DNA from: Oculina patagonica
Taxonomy: Eukaryota
DNA: 64,000 nt
Direction: 5' to 3'
Assembly: GCF_052425735.1 (NCBI RefSeq)
Contig: NC_135758.1
Span: forward strand, 25,978,001 to 26,042,000
Positions 37,830 through 55,746 of the stretch are shown here, piece after piece; position 1 is the first letter of the stretch, and every line of letters begins with the position of its first letter. Both the position numbers and the translations under genes were made by a program. The notes beneath the pieces were generated by a model. That model did not search any database. It saw only the letters and a program-made list of their open reading frames with translations, and was not told the DNA's origin.

Positions 37830-39938
37830 GACTGGCAATTCTGCAAGTAGCTTAATGCTGTAATCATTTGCAATTATTGTGAAAAAAGACTCGCCACTTA
37901 CTAGCTCTTTCATCAAAATGAAATGTTTGTTATTAATCTTTTTAAAACTAATCTACATTCTTGCCATGGTCTGCCTCACAGCCATAATAACCCAAAGTCC
38001 TTGAATAAACAGTTCTTGATACGGTATGGGTTTTCGTTATTTTTATTAGGTGCTTGTGGTTGCCTCTATTTATTTTGTCAACTTTCTCTAAGGCGTTTCT
38101 CGAATAGCTTCAGAAATCTCCGTGTTTTTCTTTTCTTTTTTTCTTTCTTTTTGATTTGGAGTGTTCAGTCACATCCGAATAATTAATTATATGGAATGAA
38201 TGAATTAAGTGATTTTATTGTCAATGAACTAATGAAGAATGTAAGGCAAAAGGAGAATCGGATTCTATAGTCTCTGTCTTATTATTAGCTATAATTTTTT
38301 TCCTTCTTCGAGTCACGTAACGAATTGTAGCACTGACGTGTTTGTATAATTCTCTTAAAAAGCCTGATATAACATTGCTGAAATTACTAGGCACTTTATA
38401 GATCCGTTTAACAGGAAATGGTAAAAATTAATTTTGATATTGCCAAATGGAATTAACCTTTTTTTTTTTTTTTCAAAACTACAGTAGTTAGATCTTTGTT
38501 TCAATCACTAAAATTTCTTATAAAGAATTTCAGTTCAATTGATTTATTTTTTATTACTGAATGAATAGCACCCATTGTATGAGACGCGAATGCCTGATTA
38601 AATTCGTTTTTAATTGACTTTTGGTTATTGCTGGCTCTTGAAGACAACGTTTCAGTTTTAACTTCTGTTTGACACCACTCGACTGCGAGGGTCACTGCAT
38701 TACTCTTGAAGATGTCAGACACTGGTAAACTTCCAACAAGCAAATAAAACAAGCAGACTACGTTGAGTTTAAATTAGTTTAAAGAATACAGTCAGTTACG
38801 TTTTTCTTAGATTTTATTTATTTAGGTTTTTTACAAGGCAGTTTACGTAAGTCAGATGTACTTGAAAATTGTGTGTTCAGTACTACTTGTGCAGTAATTT
38901 ATAATGTTTAGGAGAAATAAAACAACTTTTAAACGAACGAAAGGTTGTACTCTGTTCCTGGTTGAGTTACTTTAAGCTAATGCACAGCAGAAGGAGTAAT
39001 GACTGGAGAGGCAGAGGGCCCTCTAACGCTTTTTTAGGCCTTGAACCATGGTTATACCCCGATGCACTTCATTCCAGGGGGAACATTCAAAACAGTATCA
39101 AATGAAGGGGAATAATGACGATTGTCTATAAATAAAATGTAAACCAGGATAATTTGTGCCGTAAGCTTTCCCCATCCCAGGGGAAAATCGAAAACACTGC
39201 TGTATCACATTCATAGGAACATAAATGGGCAATTGTAAAGCCCACGTAGTTAAAACCTTAGTCTTGTGCTGTCTAATTTTACAACCTATTAAAACGTCCA
39301 CGTACACTTTTAAGTGAACCGACTATTCAAAGTCAATTTGAATTGGTAATAAATACCCTGGGGATGAATCAATGATAGGCAAACATTTATATAAAAGGCT
39401 GGCACCTGCTCCTTATTGTGCATACTCTAGTTCGCGGTAGCGAGTGGTTCAGATGGTACACCGCCCCAGACGACCCCAGACATCCCCCAGACGACCCCAG
39501 ACTCGTTCCCAGTCGCTCCCTTGGCGGTTTTGGCTAGAACGCATTGCATCAAGGGAAGGCCTTATTGCATCAACCCTTGCCTTATTCGCCTCAGTTTTTT
39601 ATCGCCTTTAGAAACAAATAAGTAGGGACTGGAAACGAGTCTGACACCGCCCACCCTCCCGCCGAGGAATTAGAAGCCGGGTTTGAAGTCTCCGCTAACT
39701 CTGGTTTGGGCGTGTCCCAGGCCAGGGCAATTTCCCATACCTTAGGCACATTTCATGAATAACAATATCCAGGGCAAAATATTACACTACCAAAAGGAAA
39801 ATTTTGGAAATGGCGGATGTTAGAAGTCCCTTTAGCTTTAAGAAAGGTGGGACACTTCATGTTGGCTTACACGATGCAAAACGTGTTTTACGCCGTGGAA
39901 AAAGTCATGGGAACAAGCTATTGCATAAGGAAATCAAC

Positions 39939-44269
<4,331 letters not shown>

Positions 44270-45125
44270 CATCTGACTTAATAAACCATCCATGGCAACG
44301 AAAGCCGTTATATTGCACACGTTGAAATAAATCATGAGAAATTGCTAGGCAAAAACAAAAAGGATCCGATTGACTTGCAATGCTCTTTGATCAACATCTG
44401 AACACCCAATGTTCGCCAAAACGTAGAGTCGCATTTGATAACAGCTCTGCTCTTTTAAAAGAACGCGTTGAGTTGGACCCTGCCTTACTTCAGTCGTTAA
44501 TTTGAACTAAACTGAAGCACTCTTTTAGAGGTCGAAAAACCTCGTCCATTGGCCTGATCAGTAGCCTTCTACGCAGACGCTCTTTGTGCTCGACACGTAA
44601 TAGAATACGTGATGGGCACAACGAGCCTCTGGGTAGGGGACTACCTTATGTGACATTAGTCACGGAAGAGATAGCTAACGCTATCTGTAGACATCAAATA
44701 CCTCAAAGAGCGGACAGTAGATGTTGAACGGCTCTCCGAATGTGGAATCCTTCGAGAAATTGTATTTACCTATAAAATTCGGTGAAGTTTGTCATTTTAT
44801 GTTTTCAGTCACTACTTGTATATAGCGACCACTTATGTAGAAGCAATGTACAAAATATTACTGTTTGTACTATGAGTGAGATATCACTGTTTTCCCATAA
44901 GCCTGCATTACGAATCTGGCTTTGCATTTCGCTTTTGTCTATCTTGCTCAGCTTCGTGCCTTGCGACGGTAACCTGATTAATTCAACTTGACAAATAATA
45001 AACGCGTTTCCTTAGAATCTCCACAACGGGCACCCACACGGCAAACACGTAAAACAGTATTATAGATATTTTTGTATCATTTTTTTACTGATGTTTTAAC
45101 CGTGGTTAAATAAAGTTTTATCCAA

Positions 45126-45183
45126 TTCTATTCTGTTCTAGTCTAGTCTAGTATTTTCTAGTCTATACTATTCTATTCTATTT
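45126..45183. repeat. Degenerate pentanucleotide microsatellite (TTCTA/GTCTA)n
   Basis: Direct reading. Confidence 0.7.
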
Positions 45184-47677
45184 TACTTAATCTCACGCAG
45201 TTATCGCAGGCTAGACTATCTGTGAAGGTTTGTGATAAAACAGAGACCACAAGAATCCTCATAGCTATGTTTCTATTCCAGGTCGTACAAATTTTTACAT
45301 GGATAGTGGGGTCGGTAGGGTAAATAAAAGCAACCGAAACGTTTCTGACCCCCTAAACGTAGAGACTCCTCTAAAGTAAATAACCGTTACCTTTTTAAGT
45401 CCAAAGTCTCCTCATTATTTAAAAAAATTTTGCAAACTCCTGTGGACAAACACCGATCTGTGAGAGTTTCCACCACGTAACACAACTGGTATAGGTACTG
45501 AGTGCCTATCTCCATGTGCACCCAGGAGTATAAATGAGTTTTGCATCTGATTCCTCTGATCTGGAGTTATCCTTCCTTATCTTTCTACCACCAAGACGTT
45601 TTGTTTGTCGTTAAAATATCGCTAGAAGTCGAATGCTCGTAGCAAAAGAGGGAAGACCGAAGGGCTGGGAAACAGTACCCGAGTCGGACAGGGAAGCAGG
45701 CGAGATTTAATATGTGGATTGTCTTTGTAATGTGTCATTTCCCTTCGTTCTCTTCATTGTAGAAATATTGTACTTAATTGAGAAATAGCAGGGACTAATG
45801 CAGATATGGTGCTTAAAGAATCTTGCCCAACCCTAGAAAATTACCGCACAAGTTTCCAGGTGCAAAATGGCACTTCATTATTTGTTCGTCAGTAGCAGAA
45901 ATGCCGACGTGTTAGATACCATAAAAAAGTTTAGTGTCCTGGCGAGTGAATTAATTGACTATTATATTAGAAATGACCATTGTATCAGAAAGGTATAACG
46001 AATGCTACGAAACCTTTTTGAACTTTTCAAATAGCTGTACAACGCATCCTAGAATGGGACCTCCAGATCGGAGAACGTGTACGCCTTTCGAATTTCAATC
46101 CAGTTACGTTTCTAGAACCCTCACTCGTCCCTGGTGTTGACCAGTTGAAAAGGAGACGAGATTGGTGTGAAATGTGATATTCGAAAGCATAGGCACTAGG
46201 CCAAAGTCGTGCTCGTACTCAATCTCGTACTCGTACTCCAATCTGAAGGTCCCTATGAGCGAGCAATGCGATGCTCGATCTCGACAGCAAAATGATAGCA
46301 GTTGTAAAAGTGCATAGTAATAACGCCTCAGCTCCCCCCCCCCCCCCCCCTACCCCCTCTCTCCCCAAAGTCCCTGAAAAAAGGAGTTTTCTTTGAAAAA
46401 CAAGAGACAGGTTTGGGTATCCACCATCGGTTTGTATTTTATTCTCGTGCATGGTTAAAAGTTGCAAAAACCAGGCAGCATTCTTCTGTCTCTACGATCT
46501 AAAAAGGCACGCCTTTCCCCTCTCATCCGCATCTTTCCAAACATCATAGGTTATCATGAAACAAGGATGAACTGATGGCAGAAGTAACTACAGATCAACA
46601 AGACTATTCTCATGAAAGTACGTCAATTCCTTTATTTAACATTGTTGTTCTGTAGTTAAACTTTAGAACATTGCTCAAAAAGTCAATCCTGTTTTTTTTG
46701 TATCTGTACATCCTTCATACTCAATGATATCGTTGTATACATATCCTGTAACCTGAGCCTGAATTTGTTTTGGTATTCATTTTCTCCTGCCATAAGTTTT
46801 TTGTCAATAGCCATTTTTTTGTTTCCTTGAATTTTTGCCGCCATAAGCCATAAGTCAGTTTCATGTTTTTTTTTGTACTTGATAGAGTTTTTACCGCCAT
46901 AAGTCAATACGTATTCATTTTTTTGTTTCGTCAGTCAAAAGTCGTAAGTATTCAATGTTTTTGTAGTCCGCCATGAGTTTATGTAGTCAATTTGTTTGCA
47001 CTTGGTTTTGTTTCTTGTTTCACTTTGTTTCTTTGCTCTTCTTTGTTAATGTTTTGTTCTTCTTTCGCTTTTGCTTGTATTCTTTTTGTTTCTTTATGTA
47101 ATCCGCTTGTTCACATTGTTTCAATACACTTTCAGATGTCTGGAAATTCTCAAATTGCATCACTTTTATCACGTCATAAATTTCAAAATTGTTTAGTTTC
47201 GCAGTTTTATAATTTTCCTCATTCTTTGAATATTAAACAATGGTACGTCAATGTTGATGTTTCAAACCACAACCAAAATTTCACACCTTTTCAATACCTC
47301 GTTTTTCATTTTTTTTGTAATTTTTCTTTTTCGTTTTTTTTTTTTATTTTTTGAATTATTTTTTGTTGCTGTTGTTGTTGTTGATGTTTTGCGCAAGTCC
47401 TTTTGTCTTCGTTTCAGTGGGATAGAGACACAGTTATTCTAGACAGCAAGTAAAGGCTAGTACTAAAACGCAGAACGTCGGAACACCATGGCACAGCCCG
47501 GCTGGAACACCCTTGAAAACGCTGACCACTAACCACAAACCGCTAGCACTTATCCTAACCCACAACACCTTGTTTTGGGTGCTCCGCCGTTCCTGGTTTT
47601 GGTACAAGCCGAAAAAAAAAGAAAAAAAATAAGGATTAAAGAAAGATAGAAACACAGTGTTAGCTACCCTACAGAAC

Positions 47678-47829
47678 TGGCCCGGGTTGTTCAAGGGGTG
47701 GATAACGTTTTCAACGGGATAAATCACTATCCAGTGGATAGCGTAGATTGTTTTTCTCAACAGTTATCCACTGGATAGCGATTTATTCGGGGATAGAGTT
47801 ATCCACACATTGAACAACCCGAGCCCAGT
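47678..47829. mobile_element. Palindromic MITE
   Basis: CTGGCCCGGGTTGTTCAA...GGATAAC / GTTATCC...TTGAACAACCCGAGCCCAG with internal TATCCA.TGGATAG motifs. Confidence 0.75.
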
Positions 47830-47973
47830 TTTTTTTCTTGCGCGGCCGGTGACAAAATGAACCTGGAGGGGAATGGAGAGGAGGCTTCCTCACCATTCCT
47901 CTCGCAGCTTCACCGCTATTTTCTTAGTCGCGCAAGACTACTAACTACGCAGCAGACCTAGTTAAATGTTTGT

Positions 47974-50223
47974 CTACCGAAAAAAAGTGGATTCCTTCAA
48001 CTTTTGAACCACTTCAGCTATTTCCTTCTTGACAAGCAAGCTGCTGTGATCAGACTCTGAATTCTGTTGATGCCACACAAGATTGTATCGCTCTTCCACA
48101 TGGTTACAGAAATCTTCCTGAAAAGAAAAGAATTGTATAATATAAACAAAAAGCTTGTTTAATACAGTCGAACCTCTCGCCTAGAAAAAAACTGTGACCT
48201 TAAAAATATGTTTGTATGCAAAAGGAATCGTCCTATATTGAAAGTTGTTTGTTTTGTTAAAACATACAGTGTTTAGTTTTTGTTGTAAAGATCAGATCTT
48301 TACAAGTGTATTGAAACCTTAATTTTGGGAATTGTTAAAAGTGTTGGAATGATAGTTATGTAATATTTTGTGAAACCAAAATATTGGTTAAAAATGTAAA
48401 CTCGCGTTTTTTGCCTCGATAATTCTCTCATTTCGAGATAAAACGGTTAAGCCACAGATGTCCGTATTTTTCCCGGCAAAGCCATAGATGTTTGTATTTT
48501 TCTCGGAGTAATTCTTGGTGCTTCTGCTTCGCCGATTCTTCGCAAACAATGTTCTTGAATGGACCATAACAGTGATTTTTCCGCCGACGCAAGCATCCTC
48601 GCCGAGCCAGTAATCGTTTTGATACGTCCTGAAAACGCTGAGTGCATCCCGGGAGTGCATCTCGCCTTTCCAGCTTTCTATGAACTCTCACCGCGCAGAA
48701 TTATGAACAAATAAACGCAGAGATCTAGTTGACCGTGGGGCATGTACTAAAACCCGAAACAACGAAACGAAGCCACCGAAACGAAACAACCGAAACGACC
48801 GAAACGAAACCGCCGAAACAACCGAAACGGCCGAAACGAGCGAAACTAAACGAAATCACCGAAACAAGCAAACCCATTACAATTATTAAGAGCTAACCGT
48901 AAACAGGCTAACCGGATTGCATAGTAGGCTAACCTAAGTGAAAAGAAGGCTAACCGGAGTGTGTAGTAGGCTAACACGAGTGTATAGTAGGCTAACCGGA
49001 GTGTATAGTACAGGCTAAACTGAGCTTGTTTCGGAACTTTTGTTCCGTTTCGGCCGTTTCGGTTGTTTCGGCGGTTTCGTTTCGTTGTTTTGGGTGTTAG
49101 TACATGCCAACCATGGATAGTCTATGAGTTAACTTGCAGTAGACTCCCAGGGGGGAAATACGTTACGTTCATAACGGCAAGTTTGGATTCTGCAGTAGGA
49201 TACACTATGATCCGTTCCAGTTTCGATTCAGGGAGAACCTTACTCCACGAATTCAAGGGGTCTTTGTTAGATTTCAATGATCTTCGTTTACCAGACACCC
49301 TGCGGTGACATGTCTAGTAGACTCGCCTTTCCATTGGACGACGATATGAATCGAATTGTTCAAGAACGTAACACTCTGAATTGATATGCAGATTAGGGCA
49401 ACAACTTCCGCCTTTCAGTTTCGCTTTGGACGTATTACTGGGAATAAGTTGCGCAGTTCTAGGAAAAATGAGACGTTTTGCGAATTTTATAAAAAAAAAA
49501 AACAGTTAAAATAAATTAAAGAGGACTCATTTTTATTAAATTTATTTTTTAGCTTACCCAGTTTCCCAACTTTATCATCCGTGCGCTGAGTTTGTCAGCC
49601 GCAGTGAAACACAACTCCATCAGTTCATTCCGGCGTCGTTCTGCGTTCGCTGAAGCTGCGAAGATAACTTCTCCGGCAATAACAACGAGCATAGTTAGTT
49701 TACTCCAAGGCGAAGATTTTTCACTGCGTCGACCAATTTCTTCTTCAAAATCATTCAACACTTTTTTGATGTTCTTGCTTGATTCGACAAATGTTTTAAC
49801 ACTTGTGATATCAAATCCATCTCGAACGATTTCCTTCAGCAGATATCCGACTGTTTTCTCTACAGAATCCGAGCGATGACATAAATCCAATCCTAGCCTC
49901 TTTCTCGTGTAGAAATCTAAAAGAACCGTTAGATCTCTTTTAGTTTCAAACACGGTCAACTCTTTGGCAAGATCCAATCGCTGAATTGCAAGCAGACCTT
50001 CCTTCAAACTTCTTACATCTTCCCACGAAATCATTCCAACATGTTCTAATGAATTAAGAGTGTTTAAAAATCCAGTATCTTCCATCGGAATCAGACCAGA
50101 TCTAGAATAGTAGAAACGAAGCTCCTGTTGCTGAGCTTGATCCAAATTGCGAGCAATCTGGAGCAGAACTTCAGCGTACGTTTGTCGAAGTTTATTGTTA
50201 GTACCCTCGTTAGTTAGTGACAT
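47974..50223 (-). CDS. DED-containing protein, A-type copy 1 (N-terminal death effector domain plus an uncharacterised helical C-terminal region), 269 aa
   Basis: Exon 1 49558-50223 (GCCGCCATG start, donor GTAAGC); exon 2 47974-48117 (EDFCNHVEERYNLV...FFR*). DED pattern Y..LL.I..NL......L.F......L..LE....IS..DV..LKE.L..I.RLDL..EL, including the RxDL motif. Confidence 0.8.
48739..49108. mobile_element. Foldback-like MITE in the DED-A1 intron
   Basis: Long TIRs GGCATGTACTAA.ACCC.AAACAACGAAACGAA...; internal ACCGAAAC and TAGGCTAAC tandem motifs. Confidence 0.75.
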
Positions 50224-50499
50224 GGCGGCGTCATCTACGGCGGAGAGGCCGAACGAATGCATACCTAACCTTTTATATCCAAGAATTGTAAACAAACACT
50301 CTGATAGGGCATTGCTATGTGTACGACGAAACCACGGCAACAAAACACTCTAAAGATAGGCACGCAAAGCATGCAAAATTATTTTTAGATGAAGAGGAAG
50401 TCCCAGAGGCTGCGATCCTTTGGGTCACTACCAGAGAATCGGAGCCTGTTGGGGTCGGTAATGACCGTGCACAGGTCTTTTGCCACCAGAAAAATTTGG

Positions 50500-50720
50500 A
50501 ATTATGGCATCCTTTTCACTTACGTACTGCATGTTGAAGTACCAGGTTGTTTTCAAGTTGTTTGTCATCAAGCGTTTTAGGTCATTACTCAACGATAAGC
50601 GAGAAGCAATAAGGCACTGGTGAATTGGGTATAGTCGATGTTAGATCTATGATGTAAGCATATAGTGATGGTGATATATGTTCAGGTTTATTGAGTTTTT
50701 GTATAGTGATGCGCATGCGA
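50500..50720 (+). pseudogene. Decayed B-type DED gene copy, head-to-head with DED-A1
   Basis: Aligns by eye to 61430-61606/62335-62360 (YCMLKYQVVFKLFVIKRFRSLLNDKREAIRHW* ... FRFIEFL); stops and frameshifts present. Confidence 0.65.
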
Positions 50721-50889
50721 ACACTTTCAGAAGACACTCAAACGTGTTTTTTCGCAATCCACGAGTCTGATTGGTTCTCCCATTGTTGGAAGACCATATC
50801 AAGTTCAATAAAATTAAAAAAAATAAGTAAATGTTGTTTTATAGTGGTCATGCACTTAGTTTCAAGATAGCTAGTTTACAGGCATGCCA

Positions 50890-51103
50890 CTGAAACAGAG
50901 GAAACAAATATTTCATATGAACATAAAAAGGTTAAAAATCCCCACTGGCAGGAGGCAGACCAGTAGGCTATATACAAAGCGTGATCGAGGATTTGAGCTC
51001 GGGACTACCGAGAAACAAATCTAGATAGTGGAAGGGGCAGGTATTGAATCCTGAACCTTCGGATTACAATACCAGCGCCCTAAATCAATCGGTCACGCTT
51101 CCT
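50890..51103 (-). mobile_element. tRNA-derived SINE (third family; related copy at ~35680-35865)
   Basis: Reverse tRNA-like head and AAAAATCCC..CTGGCAGGAGGC body; absent from the paralogous segment near 63170. Confidence 0.6.
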
Positions 51104-52281
51104 TAAAGAAAGTGGATGAATTTCGACAAGGCATATAAGTCAGGAGATTTTGGATAGCGCGATTCTGACTTTTCAGTTATTGTAAGTAGTCTTTGGTTAC
51201 TGACTACATTGCTGATTAAGGGTCAATGTATGCTTTGTTAATCAGTATATTTAGCAGAGAATAAATGTGCCCGGTAACAAATTAAACGCAAGAAACTACG
51301 ATTCCGGACAAAAGCTTGGTACACTTCACCGCTTTGACGAAATTGGGCGTTGTCGTCACCTTCCGCTCCCCACCTCCCAGTGCAATGCTGATTTCTATCC
51401 ATCCAACCATGCAACCATATGTCATCATTGTTTTAGGAGGAGCGTGGTTAGGAAAATTTAACTTAACTCGAAAGGATGTGTCACTGGTCACTATCTCGTT
51501 AACTTAACGAGATAGTGACCCATTTTAAGGACTTTTGTTTAGAACTGTAGACAAGGTATATTTATAAAACTGCCCTGACAGTGACAAACTCCAGCGCCAG
51601 CATCTATAAAAAGCTACTTTGTGAATGAGACCACAAACTATTATATCCACGGGGTGTTTCTAGGCTACTGAAAATAATAACAAGTACAGACACTGTAAAC
51701 GTAGTATCGTTTATTGAAAGTTCCTCAAACGGTTCATTAACATGACATGACAATCTATAACCATTATTACGACGAGTATTTTTATTATATTTGTTTCAAC
51801 TGTTTGACATCAAAATATTTCCATTTTGTTTGCACTTGGTTTTTGTTTCAATTCTTTGTTACGCTTTGTTTCTTTGTTAACATTTTGTAATTCTTTGAAA
51901 TTATGCTTGTATTTCTCTTATTTACGTTTTTAGGTCTTTTCCAATACCTTGTTTTTCAATTTTTTTTTTATATTTTTTAAATTTTCATTTTTATTTTTGT
52001 TTTTGTTGTTGTTGTTTTGAAAATTTCCTTCCATTTGCTGTTGTCCCGTTATTTTAAGGCACCAAACACTCGCCTTATCACGTTGCATTTTGCCGTTGTC
52101 GCTTAGCTGCAGTAGGACTGCATTACCAGGGTTACGACGAGGACGTGCGACAGCCGACTTGGTAGCAGAGCCTATGATATGGTGGGTTATTCTCAACACT
52201 TACAAAGTACAGTGCATCCCACCTAGACCCATTACCACCCTTCAACCCCGCAATCTATCAGTCTGTTTGTCTTAACATGTC

Positions 52282-55200
52282 TTAAGTAATCTCGTTGAGA
52301 TTACTTTTGTCTATTCTTGAAAAGAATTCTGTTAGTTTTTTGACCACTTCTGCTCTCTGCTTCCGCAAGGATAAGCCGGGAGTGGGCTCCATGTCCTGTC
52401 GATGGTAAACAAGACTGTATCTTTCCTTCACTTGGGAGCAGAAATCTTCCTGTAAATAAAATAAAAAGGATTTATTCAGAGCAAAAATATCTGCTCTCGG
52501 TTTTTTCCAATAAAGGCTTTGCGATGTAGCCCGTATTTGGAGCTTGTAGGTTGCGCTCAATTCCAGTATTAGCTGTAGACTCTTAGCCAATAAGAAAACA
52601 GGTATTGACTACAATGTATAACTAGCAGTAACCAATAGTTAGGAGGTGCGGGCAGCCTGTTTTTTGCGCGATTGAGGATAGCGTGGGAGAAGCGAGGGAG
52701 ACGCGCAGGGCTACGGTTTCCTGCTGTTGATGCGTATTTGAGTTCCTTCTTAGATGTATTTGATGGTATTCTTATGCGAATTTGCGCCCTAGAAATTTTA
52801 ATTATATAAAAAATATGTTTATGAAATGCATTATTACTATTATTATTAGTTGTTGGTAATATTATTACTCTTACTATGATTTTTGTACGGATTACACAAA
52901 GTGTGTAGAGAAGATTAGAGAAGATTGAAAATATTTACAAATCACGGCGGCGTGAAACAGCGTAAAATCGCTTACAATACTGCAGAATTCCTAGGACAAA
53001 ATGAACACAAGCAACGCTTTCAACGCTTTCCTTTACTTTTAATGTTAATAAACATACTCCTTTGTATTTTCTGAAGCATTGTAGTAACAAAACAAAGCGG
53101 CTAAATAAACAACTGAAGCAAGTCCCGATAAAAGATGGGTGTCAGATAATAAGCAATTATTGGATGAGGTTGAGCATGATATCGTGAATTATCAAAACCG
53201 AGGTCTGTGTTATCTGCCGAAGCCGGAGGCTGAGGCAGATAATACAGACACGAGGTTTTGATAATTCACGATATCATGCGAAAACCGAATTCAATAATTG
53301 TTTTATTATACGTTTTTAAACAATTTGCCATCACTTTTTCTAGCGCCGGCGTAAACTTCGTAAGAATATTGGCCAAAGCGGTTTTATCTTGTGGTTCCTC
53401 CAGGTTCTTCTTTCTCAAATAATCATTCAGAGTTTTTACACTTGTTTTGGTTGTTCTCTTGGTGTTTTTTAGAATCTTTGTTTTCGATCGATCTTTAAAT
53501 TCCTCTTCGGAATCGGAGGCGAATCGCTCAGCCATATTTTCGAAAGTTTGACAGCACTACACGGACGAGGGGTTTGGAAACTAGGCGGACTTTGAACTCG
53601 ACATGATAACCCAATCATGTCAAGTTCACATGCTACTGTATATTGACTGAATGCTCTCGACCAATCACATGTTTCAAAGTAATTCTAATGTATAATAACA
53701 ACAAATGCGTGTCAAATCTGTTTGGCTTCACCGTGAAGTCTAAAATTCCGGACTTAAGATGGAAAAAGGGAGAAACTTGAAAGAAACTTTGTTTCATATT
53801 AATTTTCGGTTAAGAGGAAGCCAAGAAATGTAAGCTTATTCAAAAGCGTCAAACATCGAAAATTTCAAAGCCGTGCAATTCGGCATACAAGAATTATTCA
53901 CTGTGTTCACGGTAAAGCGAAAGTTTTGATTTCAGCCAACGGCTTCTGCAGTCAATTATTTACTCAATGGCTTTACCGATCCTTCTGACAATTCCATCCA
54001 AACATTACCATTTTGTTCTCAGAAGTCTTTAGAAGCCGCATTAAGTCTGTGTTCAAGTCTGTGATGTGCATTCAAAACGCATTTGGAAGTGCCATGACAC
54101 CATGTCTTCGCGGCCGTGGAAGGAAGATGCATCCTTCGTCAGCGGCAAGGTTTTAGCGTTCTGTACTCGATGATTTTCCATTTGACAGCTATATCTTACC
54201 GAGATTTTGCAGTTTAGCCTCCCGTTGCTTGTACAAGTAAACGCCAAACGTGACATTCGGAACAGACCTTGAACTCAACACCAGGGCCTTTGCTCCGCCG
54301 TTTAATTTGCTCACATTCCAGTTGGAAGAACAAAGGAATATCAAAAATGTGCCCACATTTTGCTTCAAGTCGGCTAAGAAAGTGCCGCTGACTCCAAGAA
54401 TAGTCTGCGGGCTTGCTTTTGCTCGCCCGCAATAATATATCGTATACATCAGCAATGTAAATAATGTTCACCGAGCACGACGCGTTTTAGCCTGCGAACA
54501 GGCGGAAGCCTGTTCGCAGGCTAGACGCGTTTATAGTTATAAAGTTCTAGATTCGAATCTAGATAATCCTGCATAACATATCTTTTAAAAAGATATAACT
54601 TCACTGAACTCGGATTTGTGTTTTTTCTTCTCAAAGTACTCTACTTGTTCGATTGGAATGGATAATGGGTCATTAAACGAAAGAGATAAATGTGTTAAAC
54701 AATTGAATACACGGAATAAAATATGCAAATTCGCCTTTCGGTCCCGTTCGGACCAACGGGGAACTAAGCAGACGAGAGCAGACGACACTGATCGCAATCT
54801 AGCATTATCGGCATCAAAATCGATTAAAATTGTAATATAACGTAGTGCCACCGACGAATGGTATTCGTCATGGACAATGTTCTGTTTTCATAAACCTATA
54901 TCGATCGCTAAAATGTCTTCCGCCTTGGACCTGGTTTTTCTTTCGCTTTCGTTCTGGATCATTATTCAAAGCCTGTGTGGCGCACAATGACACATTTTAC
55001 AAAATACAAATTACCTTACATTTGTTATATGTCGGTTAGCTTACCCAGCTTCCCAGTTCCGTCATTCGAGAGCAAAGCTCATCCGCCGCAGTAAAACACA
55101 GCTCCACCAACGGTTCTTGTCGTTCTTCGTTCATGGAGGCGGCAGCTATGATTTCTCCAGCAATAATAACAAGCATAGTAAATTCACTCCAAGAAAACGT

Positions 55201-55704
55201 CAGTTCTCTACAGTCGATCTCCTCTTCAAAATCCACCAACACTTTTCTCATGTCTTTACTCGATTCCACTGTAAAGCTGATCTCTGTGATGTCAACTTTG
55301 TCTCGAACCACTTCCGCAAGTCTCGCTAAATACCCAGCTACTCTTTTCACGGCTACAGAACAACACTGTAACTCTGATTGTAGAATTTTCCTCGCGTGGA
55401 AATCCAGAAGTAGTGTCAGATCGCGCTTGATTTCATACTCGGTCAACTCTTTAACGATGTCAAATCGTCTGATTTCATGCATAGCTTCTTTCACGAAATT
55501 CACATCTTCCCACGAGATCTTTCTCTCGTGCTCTAAAGTATGAAATATGTCAACAGTATCAGTAACGTTTGTCGAGACAAGTCCGTTGCAGTATTGACGA
55601 AGCTTTCTCTGATGTTTTTTACTCAAATTAAATGAAATCTGAAGTAAAACACCATTGTAAGTTTGTCTCAGTTTGTCAGTCACAGTATGTGTCGAAGGTA
55701 ACAT
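52282..55704 (-). CDS. DED-containing protein, A-type copy 2, ~275 aa
   Basis: Exon 1 55045-55704 (GCCGCCATG; in-frame upstream ATG at 55716); exon 2 52282-52449 (EDFCSQVKERYSLV...). Same intron position as A1 and clearly paralogous to it (KLRQTY..VLLQI, ISWEDV, RFDIVKEL, KRDLT.LLDF, W...TMLV.IAGE.I, ELCFTAAD.L..RM..LG.W). Confidence 0.8.
53148..53697 (-). mobile_element. Non-autonomous Crypton-like (tyrosine recombinase/DUF3504-type) fragment in the DED-A2 intron
   Basis: ORF 53266-53535 MAERFASDSEEEF...KNTKRTTKTSVKTLNDYL...LANILTKF, continuing after a frameshift as YAGARKSDGKLF; resembles the N-terminus of Crypton/DUF3504 proteins. Boundaries approximate. Confidence 0.5.
54488..54523. mobile_element. 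36-bp minimal TIR element with 9-bp TSD
   Basis: TAGCCTGCGAACAGGC-GGAA-GCCTGTTCGCAGGCTA flanked by GACGCGTTT at 54479-54487 and 54524-54532. Confidence 0.8.
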
Positions 55705-55746
55705 GGCGGCTGTCATCAGTCAGTTGTGCTAAGCGAGTGCATTCCC

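Noticed and set aside
39804-39938. N-terminal extension of PTGES2 in the ORF track
   Set aside because: The track starts at TTG. ATG 39939 (AACATGG) followed by an Arg/Ser-rich targeting-like peptide is the more plausible start, although an in-frame upstream ATG exists at 39810.
46683-47442. Hydrophobic or Lys-rich ORFs downstream of DED-A1
   Set aside because: Low-complexity T-rich sequence homologous to the 3' flank of A2 (51.8-52.0 kb) without a conserved reading frame; best explained as 3' UTR.
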